NCBI GenBank assembly: GCA_964057225.1
Contig: OZ059895.1
Coordinates: 6,076,001-6,140,000, forward strand
Direction of reading: 5' to 3'
Length of the DNA: 64,000 bases
DNA from: Auanema rhodensis
Taxonomy: Eukaryota > Animalia > Nematoda
The notes under the pieces are model-generated. The model saw nothing but the letters and a program-made list of their open reading frames with translations. It searched no databases and had not been told where the DNA came from. A program made the position numbers and the translations under genes. This document shows positions 1 to 12,421 of this stretch, one piece after another; position 1 is the stretch's first letter, and each line of letters starts with the position of its first letter.

Positions 1-2702
1 AGCTCTTAAAATAAGTATTTGATTTTATAATAGATTCATGTCTAACTTTGATCCATAACTCCGACACTAACTAAGCACTTTAAAACTCCATGAATAAGTT
101 CGAGAACCCATTGTCGATGTTCTCGGTGGACACTGGTGAAAACTTGAATGAACGGACGAAGAATGTTGGTACAGCAGCGAACAGCGGCTAATCTAACAGG
201 AACAGAATCCGCCAAAAGATAACCCTACAGACAATATTTCATAAAAATATATTTCTTAATAAAAACCTCAGCTATATATTGCATACACATTTGTAAGGAG
301 TGCCGTTGGAACTTAAAACTACCAAATGTTTCTAAAGCCAACACTTTATCGTTTTCATCTTTGCCAGGCTGAAAAATAGGAACTAAGATAATCTAAGGCA
401 GTTAGTATTGTAATACCTCAACAGTGATCACTGTCGACGGTAAAATTGGTTTACGGGGAGGATCAATTTTAGCAGGTAATGTTTGTCCTGAACATACTAT
501 ATATACATACGACATCATATAAATGTTAACCTGTTAAAGTTTTGTATAAAACTTTCATTAAACCATCTTGAACATCAACAATCAATGCTGGAATATTACT
601 AGTAATTTCGTGAAGAAGTCCAGTTAATCCTTGTGATAAGGGTAATTTAAGTAAATTATCAAGAATAGCTTTAATTTCGTTAGATGCGTCAGCTTTATAG
701 GCTCGAACATATAACTTGAGGTAGGTAAAGACTTGGACATCGACATATTTTCTGGAACATAACATTTGAAAATTAGAAGTAATTCAGTTACAAACTTTTG
801 TGACCCGCTATAAATTATATCATGGCATTTGGTTGTGATTTTCTTCGCCTTTGTAGCAAACTTGTCAGGCTGCTGTAGAATGATGAGACCTAATGATATG
901 AGCGCTTTGGACAAATGACTTCTTTCCCACCTTTAAAAATGCATTATTAAATACATACATGTTGAAAAAAATAATATTACATAGTTTGCATTTGAGTGAA
1001 AAAATGCATTCTCTGTTCAACTAAACAACAATTTTCGAACGCCGATAATCGAGGGAGAAGCTCAAGCAAAACGGACTGCAAGAATTCAGATTCATATATA
1101 TTCAGCAAGGACTTCACAATTTTACCTGGACATGAACATTATTAGATTTTTCTATTCCAGAAATAGCTCGCACGATCTAATAATATTTACAATTACTAAT
1201 TGTTATATATATATTCATTTACCTTAGTAAAGTTTTCTCTAACCAAACCTTTGGCAGTGGTACTCTCTACAGTAACAGAAAATCTTGAAACAAAATATTT
1301 TTTATTGTTTTAGAACAGGCGCCTACCTAGGTTCAGTTAGCCATTCAATAGGATCTTCAATAGAAGATGCTTTACGTTTACTACCTTTAGCTTCTAAATG
1401 AGTCTTTTCAAAATTAGCATCAGCAATACGGAGAAGCTCATTCAATACCTGAACGAAATATTCTTAACCGTTGCAAACAACATTAAATATTATATGTTTA
1501 ATGAATTAATTTCGAAAAAATGTATAATTCATACCAGAAGCATGGAATGAGACCTTTCATCTACAGGAAAGGAATGATGATCGGAGCTTTCATAAGAAGC
1601 AAATGCTTCTTTAATGCACATCTGACAAAGCACTTCATTATTTATATGTAAATTATAAAACTTGCCTGGTACCATTCAGTTTTTTGCTTAGCTTCTCTCT
1701 GAGATGTTATAGTTAAAGCTGCATGGAGCGCTTCTGTAGCCTGGATTCTAATATTGTGCTATAACGGGAAATAAGATTAAACAAACAGAGCAAACGGATA
1801 AACCTTAGGATCACGGATAACAGCGAAAATATTGCGGAAAAAAACATTAGCACGTGAAAAGAAAGAAGTAGATGTGAACATCGCCAACTCTCGAGCTAAT
1901 AAAACAGCGGCTAATCTTCTTATAGAATTCCCACTTGATTCCTATAGACAATTGCTTGTTTTAACTTTACTCTGCTTTAGATACCTGTAACCATTCTAAA
2001 CATTGATCTAAACACTTTTCCACTAAATCGGCAGAATGCGCTTTGGAAGTCTACAATAATTTTTTTAATTTGTCACACATCAGACATGTAATTTACTTGA
2101 ATAAGAAATACAAGAGCTCGAGCAGCTAAATCCATCGTAGCTTCATCATTTTTTGGAAATGTTATAGCCTTAATTGAAAAAAGGATGTTTGTAAACACTA
2201 TTTGAATATCTTACTCTTAACAAAAAATTAGCATACCATACTATGCGTTGGCTTCTAACATTAATTTCTCCCAAACAGACTGAAGCCAAATACATAAGAA
2301 ATAATTTACTATTTAATAATTACCAATAAGATATATTCCAACTTTTCTTTTATCTAAATCGTCAGAATAAATGCTCTCATGAATAACGCTCTGGAATATA
2401 TTAATAACAGAGAAAAACGTATAAGTGTAATGCCTGATCAGTTTTGCAATCCAAGAATCCTACAAATTCTTCAACAAATTGTGATTCCTCATTTCGAAGA
2501 GAAATCGTGACATACCTATAGTATTGCGATAAAACTATTTCAATACTTCAGATAAAACAGACCTATACAATTCATTAGCTGTTCGCTCCCTTTCTGATGG
2601 CTTGCTGAGGTCAGCTAAAAACTGAGCAGCTTCCGAACGGGCAGATGTATGGTCACGATCTCTGGATTTCGGCTTCGCAGCTCCAGTTTCAAAATCAGCC
2701 AT
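1..2702 (-). CDS. let-363: Target of rapamycin kinase, N-terminal HEAT region (multi-exon; continues beyond window start)
   Basis: ATG at 2702 (MADFETGAAKPKSRDRDH). Spliced exons give RRLAAVLLARELAMFTSTSFFSRANVFFRNIFAVIRDPK, ATEALHAALTITSQRE, EWYQMCIKEAF..ERSHSMLLVLNELLRIA and LALETFGSFKFQRHSLQMC, which are collinear with mTOR N-terminal motifs (RHAAVLVLRELA..FFDNIFVAVWDPK; DRIHGALLILNELVRI). Confidence 0.93.
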
Positions 2703-3292
2703 TTTTTAATGTCATGTGAACTTAAAGGAGAAATAAGTTTTTTTTCATGATGAACATTTGGAACACGGAAGAATAGATCAATAAGTAGCAAGGTCTGACT
2801 TCCAATTGCAGTCACTTTTCAAAAATTAAACGAAATTGAAAGAAGAAGAGAGAAAAATGAAAGTTTAGACTGAAATATGACAGAATATATATTTTAATAT
2901 ACTGAGTTTGTATACTCACAGGAAAATTCTTGTTAATGAACGAATAGATTGATTTGAAATAAAGATATTCAAATTATTTTAGGGACAGGAGTCGTCATAA
3001 AGTAACTGCTATAACAAATAATCTTCCTTACTTTCTCAGGCATTTAGATTCATATTTCCAGGAATCTATTGGAATATTTTACTCGAATCATTGGAGCTAT
3101 GCCTGAAGAAGGAATTGATAAAGATTTGACGCACTATCACGTACAAGACTACTTGGCAAGAACGTAAAAAATTTAAATTCTCTTCAAGTCACTTATGAGC
3201 AACCTGCTTTGAGAAATTAATTTAAAAAACTAAACTATCTTCTGAATTTGCTGTTATATTACCGTTTGAATGATAGGTCATAGATTACTGAT

Positions 3293-3613
3293 ATGAGCGT
3301 CGACGGATCCTGTAGGATGCCAAAATATCCTATTCAACAATGCTCAAAAATTATCCTTCGTGATAAACATGGTAATAATCTGATTTCCGTTGACTATTTC
3401 AAGTAAGGCTTAAAATAAAATAAGCTATTAAATTTTGTATTTTAGAAATAAAAATAATGCCAAATATCAATTTTTAACCCATGCACATCAAATTGAAAAT
3501 ATATCGGTTTGCTTCATCAATCAAAGACCTAGAAAATATAATTATTTCAGCATACTTGGATTAAACCTATACATTGTTCTAAAGAAACTGCATTAATTTT
3601 ACCGCGATTAACT

Positions 3614-3644
<31 letters not shown>

Positions 3645-6391
3645 ATCAATCAAATCATTTGTCTTGTTTTTTTAGAAGATCGGAAAGCACTGGAGTGAAA
3701 TCTCGATTCCTAAGACCTATCGATAATGGACATACAGTTACTTTAGAAAATAATTTAAGGGTATGGAATTAGAGCATAATTACAATATTTATTTTCTTTT
3801 AGGTTACTTGTTTTGATGCAAATCATTGTTATGGGTCGGCAATGTTTTTATTCGAGGGTAAATAAAATACGTTTTCGGAACTTCTGAAACATGTTGCGGT
3901 TTCAGGCTCGTTATTGGAGTTTAGTCCAGTTCTCTGCACTGGACATTTTAAAGCCGATGACCGTTTCATGGAGAGATTCAATCTAATTGCCCAGTATGAG
4001 CGCTTAAGAACTGTGGGTTACTTTTTTTGTTGTTTACTTATTTCATTGCTTTTAGACCAAAATTCATACAATTTATTTTGATAATCTGCAAATCTCTGAT
4101 GAGAGCTTTTTGAATAGAGATGAACTAATTGAAAGGTTATTGTAAATATTCAATATGCCATAATACTTAAGTACTTAACAGATTGAAAAATTTTATGCTC
4201 TCTAAACCTGCAGCTAATATTATTCTACCTATTTTTAATTTGGGGCGTGAGGAAATTTTGGAAGTTGTTTCTGAGGAAGTTGGGGTACGTTTACAACCGT
4301 TTCAAGTAATACAGTGTATCAACACAGGAATCAATTGAGTTATTTGACGCTAGATTTAGCCTTTACCAGAGCCGCTGTGCCTATGACACAGTCCTCGGTT
4401 CTTTTGTCGAACCATCATCTAATTCTACTAGAATTCGTACTATACCTCGAGATACTAGGTAATGCATATCCATCTTATTTCGGCAATGTTCATTTTCCAG
4501 TGCTCTCTCAGAACTACTCATGAATTCATCCATGCAAGATTATTATGTTATTGATATTTATAAATCAAATCTCTTTGCAAGGTTTGAAGTATACAGTAAG
4601 TATTATTTCATTGTTTTCATATTTCAAGCGTCGTTCCGGAACATTTATTTTACCAATTAAACTATACTGATCATTCTAAACGATCCGAAATTTTTAATTT
4701 CTTCAAGAGGTTTTTCACTTTTAATTTTTATTCAAATTTATACTATTTAGAATCACTGTACAGCATTTGGTGCCTATATCAAAGCCTCTTGAAGAAGAAG
4801 AGGCCACCTTCTTGCGTCAAACTCAAATAAGGTAATTTTAATTTTGTATTCAATTTTATATTGATTATTGTCAGAGCGATAGAAAAAAAAGTGCCAGCCC
4901 CTGTTACGCGAGTTATTTCAGTAAAGGTATGGGGATATAATCATGTTAAATTATATTTAAATACATTGTTAGGAGATATCAAACCAAATATCAATGAAAT
5001 CAGAAGTTAATAAGGCACTAAATAGCACAACGATCGCTGCTAACAATTTAGATACTAATCGTTTAAAACATAGTACTAATGAATTAGGAAAAAGCATTCC
5101 ATGTCAAAGTCGGAATATTCATGTAAATGATTTTAATGGGAGTGCTAAGGGTATGTTTTCTTTAGAAATAGTTTCTAAAAGAAATATTGAATCTAATTAT
5201 TCAGAAGATAAAAGTATAACTTTGGAGACAAAACCAGCATCATCAGATGTTACTAGCTCAACTACTCATGGAAGCTCTTCAAGTTCAGACAACGAACCTG
5301 AGGCTGGAAATTCTGGCAATGAAAAGTCTCCCACCCAATCTAAAATCGTTGATGAGATATCAACAAGTGATCAAACTATAATTAATGATTTATTATTAAA
5401 TATAGTAACAGAAACTTCTCAAAGTATCATAGAGGAATCTCAGCAAAATCATATTTCAAACAACAGTCAGCTGTCAGTAACTATTGAGGTTATGAATGTA
5501 GTAGACTCAGTACCCTGTACTACACAACCTACAAGTAATCGTGTTGGTTCTGACCCAAGGACAAGGAAGCCTCCGACTGTTTGCAACATCAGCAAGCCCA
5601 AATGTTCCTCTGATGCATCAGAATTAACGGACCTAAACACTCAAGACACTCAGCTTGATACCTCTTCTACACAACAGTGCGTTGGAGAAGTGGAGACTCA
5701 TACTGGAACTGTGAAAGCAGTTTCCCAAATTGAGGAAAATCATCCAAATATGGATTCTGCTAATTATGGAGAAGAAGAAGTACAATCTCAACTTCCACAA
5801 AAAGATCAAAACAGTTCTGGAGAAATTATGTTTTCGCAAGAAAGTCTTGGACGGGATTCTTTTCCCCGTGACTCGAACAATCGGGAGCTGTGTTCTATGC
5901 TTATAGAACAACTTGAAAGTGAAGATAGTGTGCCTACACACATTGAAGAAAACATTCAACCCAACAACGATAACGATCATCCACCCAGTAAAAAGTGTAG
6001 ACCAGATAAAAACCAAGAGGTATGTTTTCCGTTTCTCATTTAATCTCAATTTAATTTAATATTCTTAAGATAAGTATTGAGAAACTAACTGATAATAATT
6101 ACAAAACGCTTCCCGTTAGTGAGGATTCTTCTTCCGTTAACCAGTTGAATACTTCTAATGAGGTACAGGCTCCTAACCATTGTGTCCATAATGTTCGTAA
6201 TAACAGGTTAGTTTTTATTTGCATTTTTTTGATAAAAATTTAACGTATGTCTTAGAATTTGTATTTCGTGTGTTCTACCTGAGGAAGAGTTCACAAATAT
6301 AAATGCCGATGGCATTGATCTCTCTGCCGAAGTTCCAAAACTAATTTGTTTGCCTCGGAGAAATAGGCGACCAGATGCTAGCTTTATCTAA
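3293..6391 (+). CDS. SNM1/Apollo/MRT-1-like metallo-beta-lactamase/beta-CASP protein with degenerate active site and long low-complexity C-terminus
   Basis: Spliced reading ISVDYFK..YQFLTHAHQIENISHTWIKPIHCSKETA, VTCFDANHCYGSAMFLFEG, VLCTGHFKAD, IYFDN, LGREEIL and NYTDHSKRSEIFNFFK follows the SNM1-family motif order. The 349-aa S/T/N-rich ORF at 4994-6043 is one large exon. Stop TAA at 6389-6391. Confidence 0.82.
3617..3644. repeat. (TA)14 microsatellite in an intron
   Basis: Perfect TA run starting immediately after the donor G at 3616. Confidence 0.95.
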
Positions 6392-6813
6392 TGTCTGTTC
6401 ATTATTTTTTCTAATTTACTTATTTGCAATATTCGTTGAACGAATCTCAGTGCTCTGTTATGCTTTATTATTTTTTCTCAATGAAGATTTTCCTTCCAAA
6501 CTTTTTTTTTGAAAAAAATACTTGACAACTAAAACTTAGAACTTTATATATCATGTATCACAATATATTCATATAGTAAGTCTTCAACCTCATTTGTTTT
6601 CATTTCGAAAAGAATACTTTAATTTATATTGGCTTGTAGAGAGATAACTATTTACAGTGTAGAATGGACTTGCAAGTAAGTACACAGACTTGTTTGCCAA
6701 AAGACGTCTCGGGTCAGTGTGCGTAGAGAAGTTCCGCCATTCCTCCATCCAACAAAGCTCAAAACTGCCCTATTGCCTTAGTAGTTTAAATATTTCATTT
6801 TTATTCCTGAATA

Positions 6814-8586
6814 ATGATATCTAAGAAATATTTATTACTATTAGCTATTAGCCCCTTAATATTCACTTATTGGTTGTCTTCCCCTGAAAAAATTATTAGT
6901 GATAAAAAAGTGGTAAGCTATCAGTACTATTATGTTTTTATCTAAATATTAAAGTTTTCAGAAAAGTTTTAATAGTGGCTTAGTGAATACGGAATCATTT
7001 AAGATAGATATACCAACTGAGAAGTAAGCTTTATTGAGATAATTAAGGCCAACATTCTGGAATTTAGAATAGACAATTTCAAAAAGGAGATAGATGATTG
7101 GAAAACTTCGCAAACTTCCAATAGCCAAAGCCAGTTCTTCAATAATCTCACTGATGTAATATTAGCATTTGATTGGAAATCTCATCAACATTTTCTAAAT
7201 ACATTCAAACATTACAGGTTAAATTCTGTTAGTTTTTAAAATAAAAAAACTTAATTTACAGAATGAAAATTAATGATATAGATATTCATTTTGTTCGATC
7301 TAATATCCCTCCAACAAAAAATGTTAGAGTAGTACCTTTGGTTCTTCTTCATGGGTTTCCAGGAGCTTTTTGGGATTATTATAAGGTATTACTAAGCAAA
7401 TAGACTTGATATTCGTTTTCTACATATATAGATAATTCCTACATTGTCAAATCCATCTAGACATGGGTTTGACTTTGGTATTAGTAAACCTATCATATTC
7501 GATGTTATTGTGCCAAGTTTACCAGGTTTTCTATTCTCCTCTTTAACTCATGAACAAGGTTTGTCTAGCTAAAAGCTAAAACTTGTCAAACGAATGTTTT
7601 TAGCTGACGGTATGAACATCCATGTTATTGCCGGATTAATTCAAGAACTTCTGAAGCAACTAGATGTAAACGATTACATTATTCACGGATCTAACAGTTG
7701 TTTTATTGAAAACAAGAATAGGCCTAAGAATATATATTATAGAATTTGGAGGAGATCTAGCTGGTTTAATCGCATCTGTCTCTAAAAATGTAAAAGGAGT
7801 TCATATTGCTAATCCCTATATGGATGTGAATTACAATAAAAAAGTTAGTGAAAAGCAACTTGATAACACTTCTCACACAAAATGTTTTTGTGTATGTTTT
7901 GTTTTGCTGGAAAACATAAAATAAATTCAGGTGTGGATTTATTCAATCATTGATTGTTTCTTGAACAGTAATCGATGTGACAAACTGAACAGCGAAAAAA
8001 GATCCTTTGATGACATAACTGACGAATTTGGTATAACATATTTCAGAAAATATTATTATTGAAGATATTCTTGTTAATTGTTTTTAGTTTATGAGCTGGC
8101 AGAATCACCTATTAAGACAGCTAACTATCTTATGGATGCTTGGCGTAATAGCTTCAGTGGAGAAGTTACAGTTAACGAAGACAACGAGAAACTTTTAAGA
8201 AAAAAAGAGCTGAATGAGTTATTCACCTATGATGAACTAGCTACTGCTATATATCTGTATTGGGTAACAGATTCTTTACCAACTGCGGTCAAAGTTATGA
8301 AGAATAGTTATGGAGAATCAGATCCAAGGTTTAATACTTACTAGTTTTAAAAATTTTACGTATGAGTTATAGAGCACAAATTACTGAACAACCCGTAGGA
8401 GTTAGTCAATCTACTGATAGTCCCTGGGTATTCAATTCAGAATTATTACAACACAAGTTTTTCAATATCACCATATTGCAAGATAATGAAGATCGGCCAA
8501 TTAAGGGAGGTCTTTTCCATTATCTTCAAGATCCTCATAATTCAGTTGCACACATTTTCTCATTCGCGGAAACTATTTTCCAATAA
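6814..8586 (+). CDS. Microsomal epoxide hydrolase (EPHX1/JHEH)-like alpha/beta hydrolase, probably catalytically altered
   Basis: N-terminal hydrophobic anchor MISKKYLLLLAISPLIFTYWL, then FDWKSHQHFLNTFKHY, INDIDIHFVR, PLVLLHGFPGAFWDYYKIIPTL and FDVIVPSLPGFLFS, which are hallmark mEH motifs. C-terminus KGGLFHYLQDP. A possible alternative first exon lies at 6664-6675. Confidence 0.85.
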
Positions 8587-8786
8587 CATTTTCATTAATA
8601 TATGAATTCTTTCAATTATAGTTGTTTTCTTTATTTTAAGATAGAAACGGTATCGAAACACTTTACCAGAAAAGAAAAAAACAATAAGGAATTTGGAATT
8701 CACAGAAACATTTTCGAAATACAACAGAAGATTCACAGCAATCATATATCTAAGATCTTAAATAATTTATTTATAAATTTAAGAAG

Positions 8787-10279
8787 TTAAACTTCGAATT
8801 TCCAGACGGAGTTAAAACTTTTGGAATTATTCTTCCACGAGTGACAGAGCCGGAGCTTGATGATTTTAAGTCTAAACCTGTACAAAACACAAATACAGCA
8901 TGCATATATTTTAAACTAACTTGGTGACACTGAACAGTAAGAGCTCAATTTATTACTTGGGGTAGATCTGTTATCGCCTGAAGCATTATTTTTTCTATTT
9001 TTTGAGTAACACATCATATCCATATAAGGATTTTCACTGAAACTTTGAGAATAACTATTTCTATCAAGCTAACAATTACCCCTTTCGAGGAACAAGTAAA
9101 GGTGAAACAAGTGACTTGTTTGTTGTACCAGACCCAACACCCAGTAACTTGGGAGTTGACATTATCTGAAAAGAAAAAATGATGAAAACAAGTAATTTCT
9201 AGACACCAAACCTCTGTAGCTATAGTCGAGTTTGAACATGGACTTATAAAATTATTTGAAACATCGTGAGTGAAAGATGAGCTAGACGAATTACCAATAC
9301 TTCTATTCATAGAATTATCTTTAGCCTTAGATAATCAATACAAAAACATCATATTCTTTTGAGTACCTGCATCATAAACGATATACCAGTATTCCCAGGG
9401 GCAGCACTGTCGTCAAAAGCATCACTCAAAGTAAAACTTTCCCGTGAAACTGAATAATAAAATGTTCTTTCTTTCAATAAACTAAAAAAAAACCATCTGC
9501 AGATGCTGAAGCAAAAAGCTTTTCCAATTCAGCTCCAAATGTAGATTTATCTTCCTGACTTGAACGTCTTTCAATTTTTCTTAAGAAAAAGAAGTTCTTT
9601 GAAAATATGAGCAAAGTACTCACCGTACGGAGTACTTAGCATCAGAAATTTTTTTCTGATTTTGCTGAATTCTATTCAATGCCTCTTTCAGTTCATGTCG
9701 AGTAGAATCTAACCTAGCTCTGAGTTCTGCAATTGCCCTAAGCACAATTCATAAATATTCAAAAAAAATCCTTTTTACTTTTTATCTTCTTCCGACTCTA
9801 ATTCTTTTAATTTGATCTTTTTGTCATACTCTTCTTTCTAAGAAACGCGTTCTTCATATATAACATAAAATGACTCACTTGCTCCTTATAATGACCAAAT
9901 AAACTTTGAAAAAGCATTTGTTGAAATTCCAAAGTCTTTTTTAATTTTGAACAAAATTCATTACAAAGCTGTTTGGTGGGCTGAAAACAATAGATATGTA
10001 TATGTATAACCATATATAATCTCTAACTTTAAAAAGCTTTTGTGTACTTGAATCTAAACTTTTGTTAATTTCTTTAAAACCAGCCGGTTTTTTACATAGT
10101 ACACAACATAATTCTGGACCTTTTGTTATATCTAAATTTTAAATATCTTATATCAGAATCGATATAAAATATATACCAAAGCATTTTCCACATAATAAAT
10201 GATAGCAAGAAGTAATATAAAACTTAATTTCAGATGTTGGCCCTTTACAGCAAACGTTACAAAAAATAAAATCGGTCAT
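8787..10279 (-). CDS. RNF212/Zip3/ZHP-family meiotic RING protein
   Basis: Start MTDFIFCNVCCKGPTSEIKFYITSCYHLLCGKCF, then CVLCKKP and a coiled coil PTKQLCNEFCSKLKKTLEFQQMLFQSL, then an S/T-rich tail. This is the ZHP-3/RNF212 architecture. Which ZHP paralogue it is cannot be resolved. Confidence 0.85.
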
Positions 10280-10467
10280 TATTAATTTAATACCTAAATC
10301 TTACAAATAATGTAACAAATAATATTAACATCTCTTACGTCACGGTATGTTCTCACGAATGCTTGACTTGTTCTCTTGAAGATTTGACTTCAAGCTCATT
10401 TAAAGGGCGGTCTTAGCATATTTTTGAAAATTATAAAATTAAAAAAAAAAAAAAAAATTAAACCCAG

Positions 10468-10920
10468 AATGAAGTGAACATTCTGTTTGCCAAGTTCATA
10501 TCTTCTGCTTATTTGCCTGTTAATTGTCTGGATAATAATGTTTTGAAAGAGTTAGTTAAAAAACTAAATCCTGCTTATTCGGTACCATCAAGGACAACAG
10601 CGATGAGCGTCGTGAAACAAATTTCAAAAGTTATTTATAAACTATTTTTTTCTTTTTTTTCATGAATTAATATGTTGCAGATATTGTTAATACTAACCAA
10701 CTTGGTTAGTTTTTTATCTTCTTTGGAACAGTATATTGTATTGATATGTTGTAACTCCTTAGTTATCTGCTTGTTGGCTGTGAAACAATTGATAATGAGA
10801 GTCAAAAACAGAAAAACTTCGTATGGGATGTATCTCGGAACCTAACTCTCTCCAAATTTGATGAGCAATATGATAGCTTGCGTGACTGATGGAGCTTTTG
10901 GATCTGATTGTGCAAGCCGT
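10468..10920 (+). mobile_element. Decayed hAT-superfamily transposase fragment
   Basis: EVNILFAKFISSAYLPVNCLDNNVLKELVKKLNPAYSVPSRTT resembles the hAT 'LP..V....F..L...LNP.Y..PSRTT' segment. IACVTDGA at ~10874-10897 resembles the VTD catalytic motif. Stops lie between the two blocks, and no terminal inverted repeats were seen. Confidence 0.6.
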
Positions 10921-11330
10921 GCTCAATAAAAACCCTTTTTGAAAATGGCATACTTTTTGTCATTTTAAAATAATAATGAGTTTCTTTATAGCATGCAGTT
11001 TATGATATTTATATGACAATATGTTAATTTGAAAATTCAAATAGGCTACGTCAGTTAGAACGTTCCTTTTGATTTCCATTTTGAACGGTTTAAAAACTAG
11101 TTATGCTTCATTATTTCCTCCCACATGCAGAACAGTCGGTTGTATATTTTGAATATTTCTTACTCATTTCATGTCGCTGTGGTAGTCACATAACAAAAAG
11201 ATTAATTTTTATATATTTATTATTTTACCGGGTTGTCCCGTCATTCATAATCATAAAAATTTGAGTTATTTTATTATTACTGTTTTTAGAAACAGAAAAT
11301 TTACAAGCAAGTAGGTGACTTTAAATTCCG

Positions 11331-12421
11331 TCACAAGGAATGTACTTCACGGATGATGATCTTGTGCTCGGGACTACATCGAATAGCGATAGACACAATA
11401 GGGATCTGGAAATATATAGTTACTTGGCATTGCTGTGAGTATTCAGCATACCTGATTAGGAATTTGGGCTTCTCCTTCGGAAGACGTTAAAAATAAAGCA
11501 TAGTTAATATCGGGTTCAACATCTTTTCGGTTCATTTGGAAAACAAGTCTGATAGTTTGTTCTGCTGTGGTATCTGGCGCGAGAATGAGTGACTTGTAGT
11601 TAGACTGAAAAAAATCAAATCAATTGTTTAGTTGTGCATATATTCTGATCATTAGCTGGTTCCTAATGATGTAGTGAACCATTGATAAAACTATTGACAA
11701 ACTATGCTAACCTCAGAAGAGATATTGTGATCATAAATTTTTACGAGGCTACCCGATGAACACATGTGAAGAATAAATCGAGACATATTTTCAGGATGAC
11801 ATCTGAAGGTAAATAAATTAATATGTTTTATATGAATTTAACTTTGTTTAATTAAAGAACAAAGAAACAAAGAAGAATAGATTTATAAATCACCTCTGCA
11901 GTTCAAGTGGCCTCGAGAACCTGTCTAGCTCAAGGATTGTGCTAACGGTTTTGCCATTTGTCCTAGTTATTACCTTAACAGACAAAAATAATTAATTTTG
12001 AATGTATATAACAGTATACCTCCATCCATAGTTTGAACAAATTAGTATCACGACATGAAAGTTTAAATTTGTTTAAAACTGTATCGATGACTTGCTCAGT
12101 AGTAGCTGTTGTTGAAACTCGGATGGTTTTATAATCAGCACATGTTTTAATATTATTTGTATAAATTTTAAGAGATCCCTACAAATAGTGATAACAGATT
12201 TAATATATCCAAATAGGTTTAGAACTTACAGTATCACTATCAGAAGAATTGCTGTCGAACGAGCTTAGAGATAAAAGAGAATTACTACGAGTTAATGTGA
12301 CATCATGTTGAAGTGAAGGCAAACTAGATGACGAAGATCTTAGATGCCTAGGTGGAGGTACAGGAGATGAAGTTGATGGTACGTTATATTGTTGAAGACG
12401 GGCAACACTGTATTTGAGCAT
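11331..12421 (-). CDS. Protein with two tandem Ras-association (RA/ubiquitin-like) domains
   Basis: Exons give SLKIYTNIIKTCADYKTIRVSTTATTEQVIDTVLNKFKLSCRDTNLFKLWME and SLVKIYDHNISSE..SNYKSLILAPDTTAEQTIRLVF, two 'YK(T/S)(I/L)...TT..V/I' RA repeats. The ATG at 12421 directly follows an AG acceptor, so further 5' exons are possible. Confidence 0.75.

Noticed and set aside
5633-6049. 138-aa minus-strand ORF
   Set aside because: Antisense shadow of the large SNM1-like exon.
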